From NCBI GenBank assembly GCA_965213625.1, contig CBDBZU010000004.1, forward strand, positions 3,104,001-3,168,000: DNA of 64,000 bases, in the 5' to 3' direction. The notes under the pieces were generated by a model. The model saw nothing but the letters and a program-made list of their open reading frames with translations, was not told where the DNA came from and ran no database searches. The position numbers and the translations under genes are program-made. The stretch comes from a bacterium (GTDB lineage: Bacteria > UBA8248). This document shows, one piece after another, positions 27,371-37,709 of the stretch. Every line of letters starts with the position of its first letter. Position 1 is the first letter of the stretch.

Positions 27371-28603
27371 ATGATGATGTTTCGATTCTCGCTATACGGC
27401 TTCCTCAAGAACCAGACCTATTTCGAGCCCTTCCTCATCCTCGCCTTTTTGGAAAAAGACCTCTCCTTCTTCCAGATCGGGGTCCTCATCGGCTTCCGCG
27501 AGGTGTGCATCAACATCTTTGAAATCCCGAGCGGCGCCGTGGCCGACCTCTACGGCAGAAGGCGCTCGATGATTTTCTCCTTCCTCGCCTATATCGCCTC
27601 GTTCCTGGTCTTCGGCTATTCGGCCTCTTTCGCAGCGCTCTTCCTCGCCATGTTCGCCTTCGCTCTCGGTGATTCGTTCCGCACCGGCACGCACAAGGCG
27701 ATGATATTCGAATGGCTCCGCATTCAGGGCCGCGAGAAAGAGCGCACCCGCGTATACGGCTTCACGCGCTCGTGGTCGAAGATAGGCTCGGCCGTCTCGG
27801 TCGTGGTCGCGAGCGCGTTCATATTCACCGGCGCGCGCTACAGCGATATCTTCCTGCTCGCCGTCATCCCCTACGCGCTGAACATCGTGAACTTCATGGG
27901 TTATCCCAAAGAGCTCGAAGGCGCGCGCGCGGCGGATGCGAAAATACCCGGCGTATGGGGCCATTTAAAAGACTCCATGCGCATGGCGTTCACCGACAGG
28001 CCGCTGCGCGGCATCCTGGTGGAATCCATGAGCTACGAGGGCACCTACAAGGTCGCGAAAGACTACATTCAGCCCGTCATCAAGCAAGCCGCCTTAGGGC
28101 TCGCCCTGCTCGCCACCTGGCAGCAGCAGCAGCGCGTGGCCATCCTGGTCGGGGCGGTCTATTTCGTCTTGCACCTGCTCTCGAGCTTCGCCTCGCGCGG
28201 GGGACACCGCCTCGTCGCATCTACGGGTTCGGAGGAAGCGGCCGCGAAATCGCTCTGGGGCGCCACCGCCCTCATCTACGCGGCCCTCGCCTGGGGGCTA
28301 TGGACGGGCTGGGAGTCGGTGGTCATCGCGGGCTTCGTCGCCCTGGCCGTGCTGCAGAACTTCTGGCGTCCCGTGCTCATCAGCCGCATCGACGCCCACA
28401 GCACGCCCGAGGCGGGCGCGACAATTCTATCCGTCGAAGCACAGAGCAAATCTGTCCTCGCCATGGTGCTCGCTCCCCTCATCGGCCTTTGCGTGGACGT
28501 TTTCGGCCTGGTCGGAATGGGCGTCGTCGCCATGCTGCTCACGCTGCCCTTCGCCCTCACGAGCCTGGGCGGCACGCGGGAGCGAGCGGTTCACCAACCC
28601 TAG
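27371..28603 (+). CDS. MFS transporter
   Basis: FEIPSGAVADLYGRRRS motif A, SFRTGTHKA; AGGAG RBS before ATG 27371. Confidence 0.88.
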   Translation: MMMFRFSLYGFLKNQTYFEPFLILAFLEKDLSFFQIGVLIGFREVCINIFEIPSGAVADLYGRRRSMIFSFLAYIASFLVFGYSASFAALFLAMFAFALGDSFRTGTHKAMIFEWLRIQGREKERTRVYGFTRSWSKIGSAVSVVVASAFIFTGARYSDIFLLAVIPYALNIVNFMGYPKELEGARAADAKIPGVWGHLKDSMRMAFTDRPLRGILVESMSYEGTYKVAKDYIQPVIKQAALGLALLATWQQQQRVAILVGAVYFVLHLLSSFASRGGHRLVASTGSEEAAAKSLWGATALIYAALAWGLWTGWESVVIAGFVALAVLQNFWRPVLISRIDAHSTPEAGATILSVEAQSKSVLAMVLAPLIGLCVDVFGLVGMGVVAMLLTLPFALTSLGGTRERAVHQP

Positions 28604-28758
28604 ATAGACGACATATCTACTTAAATACTTGGATTCACCCGTAATGAAATGTTAGAGTCGACGCACCTGATTTAGAGGGGGTTCGACGCACAGCCACTCT
28701 TTGCGAACGTGAAGCGTACGAAGAGGGTGCGGCCTCCGCCGTCCACAGGGAGCGCGAC

Positions 28759-29916
28759 TTGAGCAACGCCGAGAATCGAGAAAACCTGGAGATAACCATC
28801 GGGGTGGAGGAGGAGTTCTTTCTCGTCGACCCCGATTCGCGCGATCTCATCGCCGACCCCGACCCGGCGATCTTCGAAGCCAGCGAGGCCGGGGCCGGGC
28901 CACACAAGGTCACACGCGAGGTGATTCGCTCCCAGGTCGAGACCAACACACGGGTGTGCGCTACGGTGGCCGAGGCGAGAGAGGCGCTGCGCGAGACCCG
29001 GCGGGTCGTCATCGAGGCGGCCGAAGCCCACGGCGCGGCGGTGCTGGGCTCCTCCACCCATCCCTTCGCACAGTGGCGGGAGCTCAAGGTCACGGCCAAG
29101 GAGCGCTACGCGCGCTTTCTGATGACGTTCCAGGAAACCATTCGCCGCATGGTCATCGGCGGAATGCACATCCACGCGGGTTTCGGCGACCCCGAATCCC
29201 GCATCCGGGTCATGACTGCCATCCGCCGCTACCTGCCCGCCATCCACGCGCTCTCCACCTCTTCGCCCTTCATCGGAGGCAGCGACACGGGCTACAAGTC
29301 CTACCGTCTGAACCTCTTCGGCAACCTGCCGCGCACCAACCTGCCCCCTCCCCTGCGCACCCGGGCGGAGTTCGAAAAAATCATCTCCGAATACCAGCGA
29401 ATGAAGTTCATCGAAACCGGCAGCGAAATCTGGTGGGACGTCCGCCCCGCCCACGCCTTCCCGACGCTTGAGCTTCGTATTTGCGACATCTGCCCCAGAA
29501 TGGAGGACGCCGTCGCCATCGCGGCGCTCTACGTCTGTCTGCTCAGGTGGCTCATGCGTCAGGACGAGGCGGGCGAGCTGCCGCCAGAGCCGCTCACCGA
29601 AATCATCGCGGAGAACCGCTGGGTGGCCCATCGTTACGGCACGCTTTCCTTCTTCGGCGACACGACCAACGAGAGCGCAAGGGTGGACATCGACGACTTC
29701 GTGGGCGAACTCGTCGAGAAACTCACGCCCGACGCCCGCGCGCTGGGGTGCGAGGCGGAACTTCGCCACACCCTCACCATCATCCGCGAGGGCAGCGGTG
29801 CGGACCGCCAGGCCGACCTCTACCGCCTCCGCCGCCTGGAGGGCGACACGGAAGAAGAAGCCCTGCGCCGGGTGGTGGATCTGGTGCTCGCCGAAACGCG
29901 GGAGGGGGTTTTCTAA
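28759..29916 (+). CDS. ybdK: Carboxylate-amine ligase / glutamate--cysteine ligase 2 (YbdK family)
   Basis: TIGVEEEFFLVDP, SQVET.T, THPF, GMHIH, ALSTSSPF, IWWDVRP...FPTLELRICD, ENRW.A.RYG. Confidence 0.9.
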   Translation: MSNAENRENLEITIGVEEEFFLVDPDSRDLIADPDPAIFEASEAGAGPHKVTREVIRSQVETNTRVCATVAEAREALRETRRVVIEAAEAHGAAVLGSSTHPFAQWRELKVTAKERYARFLMTFQETIRRMVIGGMHIHAGFGDPESRIRVMTAIRRYLPAIHALSTSSPFIGGSDTGYKSYRLNLFGNLPRTNLPPPLRTRAEFEKIISEYQRMKFIETGSEIWWDVRPAHAFPTLELRICDICPRMEDAVAIAALYVCLLRWLMRQDEAGELPPEPLTEIIAENRWVAHRYGTLSFFGDTTNESARVDIDDFVGELVEKLTPDARALGCEAELRHTLTIIREGSGADRQADLYRLRRLEGDTEEEALRRVVDLVLAETREGVF

Positions 29917-30079
29917 GCACCTACCACGAGGAATACGGTGTATTTTCGGCTCAATCCCTCCCCCATCCCGCAACCCCCGATCGCATTGACCATCCGCGCC
30001 AAAACAAACTAGACTGCCTCCATCCACCAGATATGGCGGGCCTGTGGCCCGGTTCCCCGCGCAAGATGGGAAGCGAAAC

Positions 30080-30574
30080 GTGCGAAACATCGAACGAAAT
30101 CTCTCCTGGATTCTCCTGCTCTCGCTCACCCTCATGCTCACCGCCCAGGTAATCGCGCGCTACATCTTCTTCACCTCGATCAGCTGGATCGAGGAGTTCT
30201 CTCGCATCGTCTTCATCTGGTTCATCTACCTGACGATCAGCTGGATCATCCTCCAGGGCCGCCACATCCGCGTGAACGCCATCGCGATGATTACACCCGA
30301 ATCCTGGGCGCGTCCGATAGTCTTTCTCTCCGACTGCCTGTGGATGCTCTTCAACGTCCTGATGACGTATTACGGCTACCTTTTCGTGAAAAGCGAAATC
30401 GATGTCTGGTCGGAGACCGACATTCTCCAGATACCAGAAGCCGCCGTGCACGCGATCATCCCCATCGGTTTCGGGCTGATGACCATACGCCTCGCTCAAT
30501 ATATGTACCGCGTCTACGTCCAGGGCGGTCCCGAGGTGGTCTACGAGGTCGAAAAACAGGAGGAAGAGCGATGA
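30080..30574 (+). CDS. TRAP transporter small permease (DctQ)
   Basis: QVIARY, ISWIEEFSR..FIW, HIRV; four TM segments; GTG start inferred. Confidence 0.88.
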   Translation: MRNIERNLSWILLLSLTLMLTAQVIARYIFFTSISWIEEFSRIVFIWFIYLTISWIILQGRHIRVNAIAMITPESWARPIVFLSDCLWMLFNVLMTYYGYLFVKSEIDVWSETDILQIPEAAVHAIIPIGFGLMTIRLAQYMYRVYVQGGPEVVYEVEKQEEER

Positions 30575-31857
30575 ACATGCCCCTCCTGCTACTCGGCTCC
30601 CTGGCTGTTTTCCTCTTCATACGCGTGCCTGTGGGCGTCTCACTGGGTCTGGCCTCCATCCTCGTCTACTACGCCACCGGCGAACACTTCGAGAGCCTTG
30701 CGCTCTCCTACTACGACGGGCTGGACAAGTTCCCTTTCATCGCCGTGCCCATGTTCCTGCTCGCGGGCGCGCTCATGGAAAAAGGCGGCATCAGCAGACG
30801 CCTCATCTCGGTGGCGGATTGCTTCGTGGGCAACGTGCAGGGCGGCCTCGCCCACGTCACCATACTCGCGTGCATGCTTTTCTCGGCGATTTCAGGCTCA
30901 GGTCCCGCCACGACGGCCGCCGTCGGCGGACTCATGATCCCCACCATGCTCAGGCGCCAGTACGACAGGAACTACTCGGGCGCGGTCTCCGCCTGCGGTG
31001 GGACGCTCGGCATCCTCATCCCGCCGAGCATTACCCTCATCGTCTACGGTGTCAGCGCCGATCAGTCCGTCACGCGGCTGTTCATCGCGGGCTTTCTGCC
31101 CGGCATCCTGCTCGGCTGCATGCTGATGTGCTGCGCCACGATAATGGCGCGCTTCATGACGGTGGAATCGGATGCGGAACCCTTTTCCGTCGCGCGCACG
31201 CTGCAAACCATCTGGGACTCGCGCTGGGCGCTCCTGGCTCCCGGCGTCATCATCGGCGGTATCTACGGCGGTTTCGTCACGCCGACGGAGAGCGCCGTTA
31301 TCGCCGTGCTCTACGGCTGGGCAATCGGCATGTTCGTCTATCGTGAGCTTAACTGGGCCAGGACGCGCGAGTGCCTGGAAATTGCGGCCCTCGTCACCGG
31401 AACCATCGCCATCATATGGGGGGCGTCGCTCGCGTTCGGCGAACTCATCACCATCCACCAGATCCCTCAGTTGGTAACCGCCTTCATCCAGCGCGTGACG
31501 ACTTCGCCGTTCATGATCCTCATGCTCATCAGCCTGTTCCTCACCTTCGTGGGAATGTGGCTGAACACCATGGCGCAGGTCATCATTCTCACGCCGATGT
31601 TCCTGCCCGTCATCCTGGCGGCGGGGATCGACCCCATCCACTTCGGCATCGTTTTCGTGGTGAACTGCGAAATCGGCTACCTCACGCCGCCGCTGGGCAC
31701 GAGCCTGTTCGTGGCGATGGGCATCGCGGATACGACGCTGGGCGCCATTGCCAAGGCGGTCCTGCCATTCATCGCGACGATGTTCCTGTGCATCATCATT
31801 CTCTCGTATTTCCCCATCATCTCCCTCATCCTCCCGAATCTCATGCTCGGCAGATGA
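30571..31857 (+). CDS. TRAP transporter large permease (DctM)
   Basis: AVPMFLLAG.LM..GG, FSAISGSGPAT, LIPPSI, TPTESA, DPIHFG, TPPLG. Confidence 0.93.
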   Translation: MNMPLLLLGSLAVFLFIRVPVGVSLGLASILVYYATGEHFESLALSYYDGLDKFPFIAVPMFLLAGALMEKGGISRRLISVADCFVGNVQGGLAHVTILACMLFSAISGSGPATTAAVGGLMIPTMLRRQYDRNYSGAVSACGGTLGILIPPSITLIVYGVSADQSVTRLFIAGFLPGILLGCMLMCCATIMARFMTVESDAEPFSVARTLQTIWDSRWALLAPGVIIGGIYGGFVTPTESAVIAVLYGWAIGMFVYRELNWARTRECLEIAALVTGTIAIIWGASLAFGELITIHQIPQLVTAFIQRVTTSPFMILMLISLFLTFVGMWLNTMAQVIILTPMFLPVILAAGIDPIHFGIVFVVNCEIGYLTPPLGTSLFVAMGIADTTLGAIAKAVLPFIATMFLCIIILSYFPIISLILPNLMLGR

Positions 31858-31882
31858 GGAGCTAACCCAAAGGAGGCAAGAC

Positions 31883-32896
31883 ATGCGACATCTGAAAAAA
31901 GGTTTCACGGTGATGGTGGGCGTCATCCTCATCGCGGGACTCGTCGGCTTCGCCGCCCCCCGGGCCGAGGCCGCCAAGTACGTGATGAAGTTCGCCCACA
32001 ACAACCCGCCCAAGCCGCAGCTTCTCTATCAGGCAGCCGCCCTGACCATGCAGAAAAACCTGCAGGTCTACTCCCAGGGGAAGATAGACATCCAGATATT
32101 CCCCTCCTCCCAGCTCGGCAAGGACCGCGTGGCCGCAAAGAAGGTGCAACTCGGCTCGGTGCAGATGCAGCTCGTGGCGTCCAACAACATCACGGCCTTC
32201 GACAGGCGGCTCGACATCTTCACCCTGCCCTTCATGTTCGGCAGCTTCAAGGGCGCGGCGAAAGTCTTCAACAGCGACATCGGCCAGACCATCGCCGAGA
32301 ATTTCCGCAAGAAATCGGGCATCCGCGTGCTGGGCTTCGTCGCCACAGGTTTCCGGAACATGATGAACAGCAAACACCCCATCATGAAGCCCGCCGACCT
32401 GGGCGACCTTCGCATGCGGATCGCGAAAAACCCCATCATGGTGCAGACGTATAAAGCGCTTGGCGGCAGCACCATCGGCATGGCGCCGACGGAGCTGTTC
32501 AGCGCGCTCAGCACCAAGACGGTGGACGGCCACGATGGCGGCTCGAGCTGGGCGTGGGCCATGAAGCTCTACGAGGTGCAGAAATTCCTCTCCATCACCC
32601 GGCACCAACTCGTGGCGGGCGCGCTCATCATGAACGACAAGACTTACAACAAGCTGCCCAAGGACATGCAGAAGGCCGTTCTGATGGCGGCGCGCGACAC
32701 CATCGCCTGGGCGAACGCCTATGCGGAAGAAAACGAAAAAGACATCATGAAAGGCTTTGCCGATAAGGGGCTCACGATTGCAACGCCCGATCTCAAGCCC
32801 TTCCGCGCGGCCGTAAGGCCAGTCCACAAGATGTTCTCCGACAAGGTGGGCGGCATGGAGTTGATCAACCGTATCCTGAAGATGCAGGAAGGCTAG
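31883..32896 (+). CDS. TRAP transporter substrate-binding protein (DctP)
   Basis: IFPSSQLG, LPFMF, GFRNM, DL..LRMR, LFSAL....VDG, LYEVQK; signal peptide. Confidence 0.92.
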   Translation: MRHLKKGFTVMVGVILIAGLVGFAAPRAEAAKYVMKFAHNNPPKPQLLYQAAALTMQKNLQVYSQGKIDIQIFPSSQLGKDRVAAKKVQLGSVQMQLVASNNITAFDRRLDIFTLPFMFGSFKGAAKVFNSDIGQTIAENFRKKSGIRVLGFVATGFRNMMNSKHPIMKPADLGDLRMRIAKNPIMVQTYKALGGSTIGMAPTELFSALSTKTVDGHDGGSSWAWAMKLYEVQKFLSITRHQLVAGALIMNDKTYNKLPKDMQKAVLMAARDTIAWANAYAEENEKDIMKGFADKGLTIATPDLKPFRAAVRPVHKMFSDKVGGMELINRILKMQEG

Positions 32897-32905
32897 GCGA
32901 CCACA

Positions 32906-32946
32906 AGGCGCGCGGCGGCTTCCGGGTCGCCGCGCGCCGTTTTTTC
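32906..32946 (+). terminator. Hairpin/terminator after dctP
   Basis: GGCGCGCGGCGGC-loop-GTCGCCGCGCGCC followed by a T run. Confidence 0.65.
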
Positions 32947-32963
32947 ATGAAAAGGAAAGTGAT

Positions 32964-33719
32964 ATGAGCGGCTTCGAGGGGCAAAGCGCCTTCGTCACGG
33001 GCGCGGCGACGGGAATCGGTGAATCCACGGCGAGAATCCTCGCCCAGAGAGGGGCTGCGGTCACCGTCATAGATTTCGACGCTGAAGGCGCCGAAGCCGT
33101 CACGAAATCCATCAACGAAAGCGGAGGCGCGGCCCACTGCGCCGTCGTCGACCTCACCGACTGGGAGGCGACCGAAACCGCAGTCAACGAGGCTCACAAC
33201 CGGGCAGGCGGTATCGATGTTCTCGTGCACAGCGCGGGCGGCTTTCCGCAATACGTGAGCCTGCTCGAATGTCCCGTAGAGGCCTGGGACGGCGTGGTGA
33301 ACTCGAACCTGAAATCCATGTTCTATCTCTTGAAAGCCGCGGCTCCCCTCATGGTGGCGGCGAACTACGGTCGCTTCGTGACGCTCTCGAGCATGGCGGC
33401 GCGCAGCGGCGTGAACCCCAATCCCCCGCATTACACCGCCGCCAAGGCGGGCGTGCTCGGCCTTACCCGGCAGGCAGCGCGCGAACTGGGGCCGCACGGC
33501 GTCACCGTGAACGCCGTGGCGCCTGCCAACGTGCAGACGCCGAGAGGGCTCAAAATCAGAACGCCCGAGCGCATCGCCCACATCGAAAAATCATCGCCCG
33601 TGGGCAGACTCTCGGAATCCCGCGAGATAGCCGAGGCCGTCGTTTTTCTCTGCAGCAAGGAGGCAGGCTACATCACCGGCGTCACGCTCGACGTGAACGG
33701 CGGCGCGACGATGGTTTGA
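32964..33719 (+). CDS. Short-chain dehydrogenase/reductase
   Basis: TGAATGIG, HYTAAK, VTVNAVAP, YITGVTLDVNGG. Confidence 0.93.
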   Translation: MSGFEGQSAFVTGAATGIGESTARILAQRGAAVTVIDFDAEGAEAVTKSINESGGAAHCAVVDLTDWEATETAVNEAHNRAGGIDVLVHSAGGFPQYVSLLECPVEAWDGVVNSNLKSMFYLLKAAAPLMVAANYGRFVTLSSMAARSGVNPNPPHYTAAKAGVLGLTRQAARELGPHGVTVNAVAPANVQTPRGLKIRTPERIAHIEKSSPVGRLSESREIAEAVVFLCSKEAGYITGVTLDVNGGATMV

Positions 33720-33984
33720 TAAGGCCTGCTCTCTCGCCGCCCCTGTGGATTCTGGTTTGAGCAGGCGGATAAAAAGCAAGTGAGCTTTGCGACACGCTAA
33801 ATGAAGAATATACGAAGGATCGTCTTCTCCCGTTTTCCCATTCCTTAAAATAATCGCCCCCGTTTTTAGCAGGGGCGATTCGCTTGGTGCAGTTACTGAA
33901 AACTCGTCCGGACTTATCGGGTGCGCTGCTCCTCCAGCACTTCTCTCATAATGGTTCGTATCTGTTGCGGCGTGATTAGTTTTT

Positions 33985-34884
33985 CTAGGCGCTTTCGAGG
34001 GCTTGTTTCACGAGTGGCACGACCTGGGAGAATCGCTCGGCCACGAGGACGCCCGCTTCTTTTAGTAGCCTTTTCTTGCCCGAGGGCGCGCCGCGGCCGC
34101 GCTCGATGAGTGCGCCGGTGTGGCTCACACTCGCGGGCGTGGGTGAGGTTTCCCAGAACTCGCCGGGGATCATCGCCACGGCGGGTTTCGTGAATCCTCC
34201 CGAGGCGATGAAGCGCGCCGCCTCCTCTTCCCGGTCCGTACCGGGTTCGCCAAACATGACGACGACGCGGGTTTCTGGGTCTTTTTCGAACAGGGCAAGC
34301 ATCTCGACGAAGGCGGAGCCGATGAGCAAATCGCCGCCCAGGGCCACGTAGGTGCTCTGGCCGATGCCCGCTTGCGTGAGGAAAAGGCATATCTCCGCCC
34401 CCATCCCGCCGCTTCTGCTCACCACGCCCACAGGGCCGGGGCGGAACATGAGGTCGGGCACCTCGCCGCCCGTTCCACCCAGCTTCGCCTTCCCCGGACT
34501 CACCATCCCCTGGCTGTTGGGGCCGATCACGAAGGTTCCCCGCTCCGCCGCTCGCGTGAGCAGCGCGCAGGCGTCGTGGTGCGGCACCCCCTCCGCGAGA
34601 ATGTGCACGGTGGGAACGCCCGCCTCGATGGCTTCCAGGGCCGCCTCGCGCACGAACCGTGCGGGCACGAAGAGCACGGAAAGGTCCACCTCGTGCTCCC
34701 TCAAGGCGTCCGCCACGGCACCGTAGACGGGTACGCCGCCAACCGATTCGCCCCCTTTTCCCGGAGACACGCCCGCCACCACGCGGGTGCCGTAGTCCGT
34801 CATGGTGGGCAAAAGACGCCGCGCCTCGGCCCCCGTGGCTCCCTGCACAAGCACGCGGGTAATTGAATCCAGCAGAATGCTCAA
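33985..34884 (-). CDS. ADP-forming acyl-CoA ligase alpha subunit (SucD-like)
   Basis: RVLVQGATG, VVAGVSPGKGG, IGPNS.G, VSRSGG, GIGQST...GGD, GEPG, phospho-His in SHTGA. Confidence 0.88.
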   Translation of the reverse strand: MSILLDSITRVLVQGATGAEARRLLPTMTDYGTRVVAGVSPGKGGESVGGVPVYGAVADALREHEVDLSVLFVPARFVREAALEAIEAGVPTVHILAEGVPHHDACALLTRAAERGTFVIGPNSQGMVSPGKAKLGGTGGEVPDLMFRPGPVGVVSRSGGMGAEICLFLTQAGIGQSTYVALGGDLLIGSAFVEMLALFEKDPETRVVVMFGEPGTDREEEAARFIASGGFTKPAVAMIPGEFWETSPTPASVSHTGALIERGRGAPSGKKRLLKEAGVLVAERFSQVVPLVKQALESA

Positions 34885-36107
34885 CTTTCATCGCTCCCGT
34901 AGCTGCGCGCCACGATCCGCCGCGCCAGGTCTTCTATCGACGCCTCATCCTCGTGCCATTCCACGCCCGGCACTTCGGCGATAAGCCTCCTGGCTTCTTC
35001 CACTCCCGGACCGGCGTAGCGGATGATGATCGGGAATTTTTCGAGATCAAGATCCGCTTCCTTGAGGGCGCGAACCACGCCCGCGACTTTAATATCCACT
35101 CTCGTAAAATTGCTCACGTTCCCCGCCAGGAGCAGCCCCTTGATGCCGGGCTTCGAGAGCACGGCCTTCACCGCCCGGCGCATTTTCTCCTCATAGCGCC
35201 CGGGCGTAATGTCGAAGGTGGTGGCGGGCTTGCCTCCTGAGTCCAGAAGCGCTTCCAGGCTCGAGAGGCCATAGCCACCACCGGTGACCATGAAGCCGAT
35301 GTCGCCGTCCATTTCGCTGAAGCGAATCGCGCCCACGTGGGGGTCGATGGCGTCGATATCGCGCATGCGCATCTCGAGCTCCGTGAAGGGCCGCCAGCCG
35401 TTTCCCCCTTCCACGCCCAGCTTGGCTTCAAGCTCCGGGTGGCGGAAGAGCGCCTGCGCGTCTAGCTGCACCACGCCCGCCGCAGCCACCACACGGCCAT
35501 CGGCCAGTTCCGCCAGGGGGTTCACCTCTATCATCTCGCAGTCATGGGCGCAGAAAACGCTATACATCGCGCAGACAGAGCGGGCGACCTGTTCGGAGAG
35601 ATCGCCCGAGAGACCCGCGCGCCCCACCAGTTCGAGAGCGCCTTCGACCGCAAGCCCCTCCAGGATGTTCACGGGCCACTCAATAAGCTTGTCGGGATGA
35701 TGTTCGGCCAACTCCTCCACGTCCACGCCTCCCTCGGCGCTGAAGAGGATGAGCGGGCATTTTCTCGGGGCATCGAAGGAGATGGAGCAGAATATCTCGC
35801 GTTTTATGTCGAGCGCCTCCATCACGATGAGTTTGTCGACGGGAAAGCGCCGCACCTCCATGCCGAGTATGGCCGTAGCGTGCGCACGGGCCTCACCCGC
35901 CGAGCCGGCGAATTTGACCGCGCCCGCCTTGCCGCGCTTGCCTACCGGCACGAGTGCCTTGATGACGGCGCGCCCGCCCAGGCTCTCGGTGGCGCGGGCG
36001 GCTTCTTCTGCTTCCGTGCAGACCTCGAAACGCGGAACGGGGAGTCCGCCTTCGCCCAGCAGCGTCAGGGAGTCGTTTTCCAGAAGGCGTGACAAGAGGG
36101 TCTCCAC
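34881..36107 (-). CDS. ADP-forming acyl-CoA ligase beta subunit (SucC / citryl-CoA-synthetase-like)
   Basis: VIKA.V..GKRGKAGAV, GGVDVEE, EVNPL, ALFRHPEL; substrate loops GGG and SNFT. Confidence 0.85.
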   Translation of the reverse strand: METLLSRLLENDSLTLLGEGGLPVPRFEVCTEAEEAARATESLGGRAVIKALVPVGKRGKAGAVKFAGSAGEARAHATAILGMEVRRFPVDKLIVMEALDIKREIFCSISFDAPRKCPLILFSAEGGVDVEELAEHHPDKLIEWPVNILEGLAVEGALELVGRAGLSGDLSEQVARSVCAMYSVFCAHDCEMIEVNPLAELADGRVVAAAGVVQLDAQALFRHPELEAKLGVEGGNGWRPFTELEMRMRDIDAIDPHVGAIRFSEMDGDIGFMVTGGGYGLSSLEALLDSGGKPATTFDITPGRYEEKMRRAVKAVLSKPGIKGLLLAGNVSNFTRVDIKVAGVVRALKEADLDLEKFPIIIRYAGPGVEEARRLIAEVPGVEWHEDEASIEDLARRIVARSYGSDES

Positions 36108-36309
36108 TCAGAATTCGTTCGGCGCGTTTTCGCGAGAAAACCTGCAAGATGCGCACTAGCTAGCATTCAGGGCTTTTGACGTCAAGATTTGCAGGGGAAA
36201 AACGCGACATCACCTCTCACTGGGTATCGAGCGCACACCCCGCTTCCCCACTGGCTTCCGGCGCTCACAGGGAATCAGCGGGCAAGGCAGGGCGCCGAGT
36301 CAAATCGTC

Positions 36310-37332
36310 TCAGCCGCATTTCATCGTGGGGCGAACCACCTGGTGAAGCGTGCTGCCGCTGCTGCCGCCCATCCGGGTGCCGCCGCCGGGGAGGTGGATC
36401 CAGCCGTTCAGGTAAACCAGCCCTGTGACGCCATGCACGGGAAAGGGCATATCGGGTAAACGCGTCCAGCGGTCGGTTTTTGGATTATAGACCTCGTGGT
36501 GGGGGAACACGCCGGTCGGACTCGCCGTCGGATGTTCGCCGCCGAAGGTATGGAAACAGCCGTTCACGGCAATACCGTTGTTTCCGCTTCGCTCATAGGA
36601 CATCGGCCGCTTGGCGCTCCACTTGTTGCTTACCGGATCGTACACCTCGAGCACCGCCGTTATCTTGCTCCGAAAGCCGCCGCCGAAGCGCCCTCCGGCA
36701 ACATAGAGTTTGCCGTCAATCGCCGCCGCCGCCATGTGATTTCGGGGCGTCGGCAAGTCGGGCAGTACCGTCCATTTGTCTGCCTTCGGGTCGTAGACGG
36801 CGAAATCGTGCCCGCGTGGCGGACGGCCGCCGGCGACGTAAATCTTACCGCCGATAACGCCGTGCGCCATTGCGCTGCGCGCCGTCGGCATTGGCGCGCG
36901 CGGCGTCCACTTCTTCGTCCTGGGATCGAAGGCGTAGACGGCCGATGTATACAGGGATTTCGTCCTCCGGCCGCCGGCATTCGTCTGGCCGCCGATCACA
37001 TAGAGAATCCCGTCGAGAGCGACTGCCGAGGAATGGTTGATCGTGGTCGGATAGGGGGTCGTCAGGCTCCATGTGTCTGACTTCGTGTCATATACCTGGA
37101 TGGTATCCACACTGACCCGCGTCGAGGGGTATCCCCCGACAACGTAGATTTTTCCGTCCAGATAAGCGACCGCCATTTCAGAATTAGGCTCGATGAGCGC
37201 TGCGCGCTTGCCCCATTCCGGCTTTTGAATCGTCTGGGCCGACGACTCTGACCCGTAGAGCCACATGGCCAACATACCCAGGACGAGAACAGCTATGGCG
37301 TCCTTGCGAACACCCCGGCCCGAAATCGCCAT
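36310..37332 (-). CDS. Secreted Kelch-repeat beta-propeller protein
   Basis: Repeated GKIYV.GG ... YDP....W....MP.R units; N-terminal hydrophobic signal. Confidence 0.9.
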   Translation of the reverse strand: MAISGRGVRKDAIAVLVLGMLAMWLYGSESSAQTIQKPEWGKRAALIEPNSEMAVAYLDGKIYVVGGYPSTRVSVDTIQVYDTKSDTWSLTTPYPTTINHSSAVALDGILYVIGGQTNAGGRRTKSLYTSAVYAFDPRTKKWTPRAPMPTARSAMAHGVIGGKIYVAGGRPPRGHDFAVYDPKADKWTVLPDLPTPRNHMAAAAIDGKLYVAGGRFGGGFRSKITAVLEVYDPVSNKWSAKRPMSYERSGNNGIAVNGCFHTFGGEHPTASPTGVFPHHEVYNPKTDRWTRLPDMPFPVHGVTGLVYLNGWIHLPGGGTRMGGSSGSTLHQVVRPTMKCG

Positions 37333-37709
37333 CTCCCCTTCCCTCCCCATCGAAATACCGTGTGCGAATACCAAATCGGGCAAAAGACCCGCTTGATTTA
37401 CACGTTGCGGTGATCCGCCATACATCTCCGGTCGTTCCGCGAATCTACCATGAGCTCGCTCACGCCACCAAGCGAACGGCGAAGATGTTTATCCTTATCC
37501 CCGGACGCCTTATCATTCATCGAACAGGCGCCGCCGTGACCCGGTCGATTGCCGCCGGCGGAAGAGACGGGATTCAGGATGACTGTGTTTTCTCATTTCT
37601 GATAATATCGCCAAACTGACTAAACACCGCTTGCGAAAGTATGTTGATGAGATAGAATCATTCCAACGAGTAAAACCCATTTCTCTGCGATACCAACGGA
37701 GGTGAGTCT

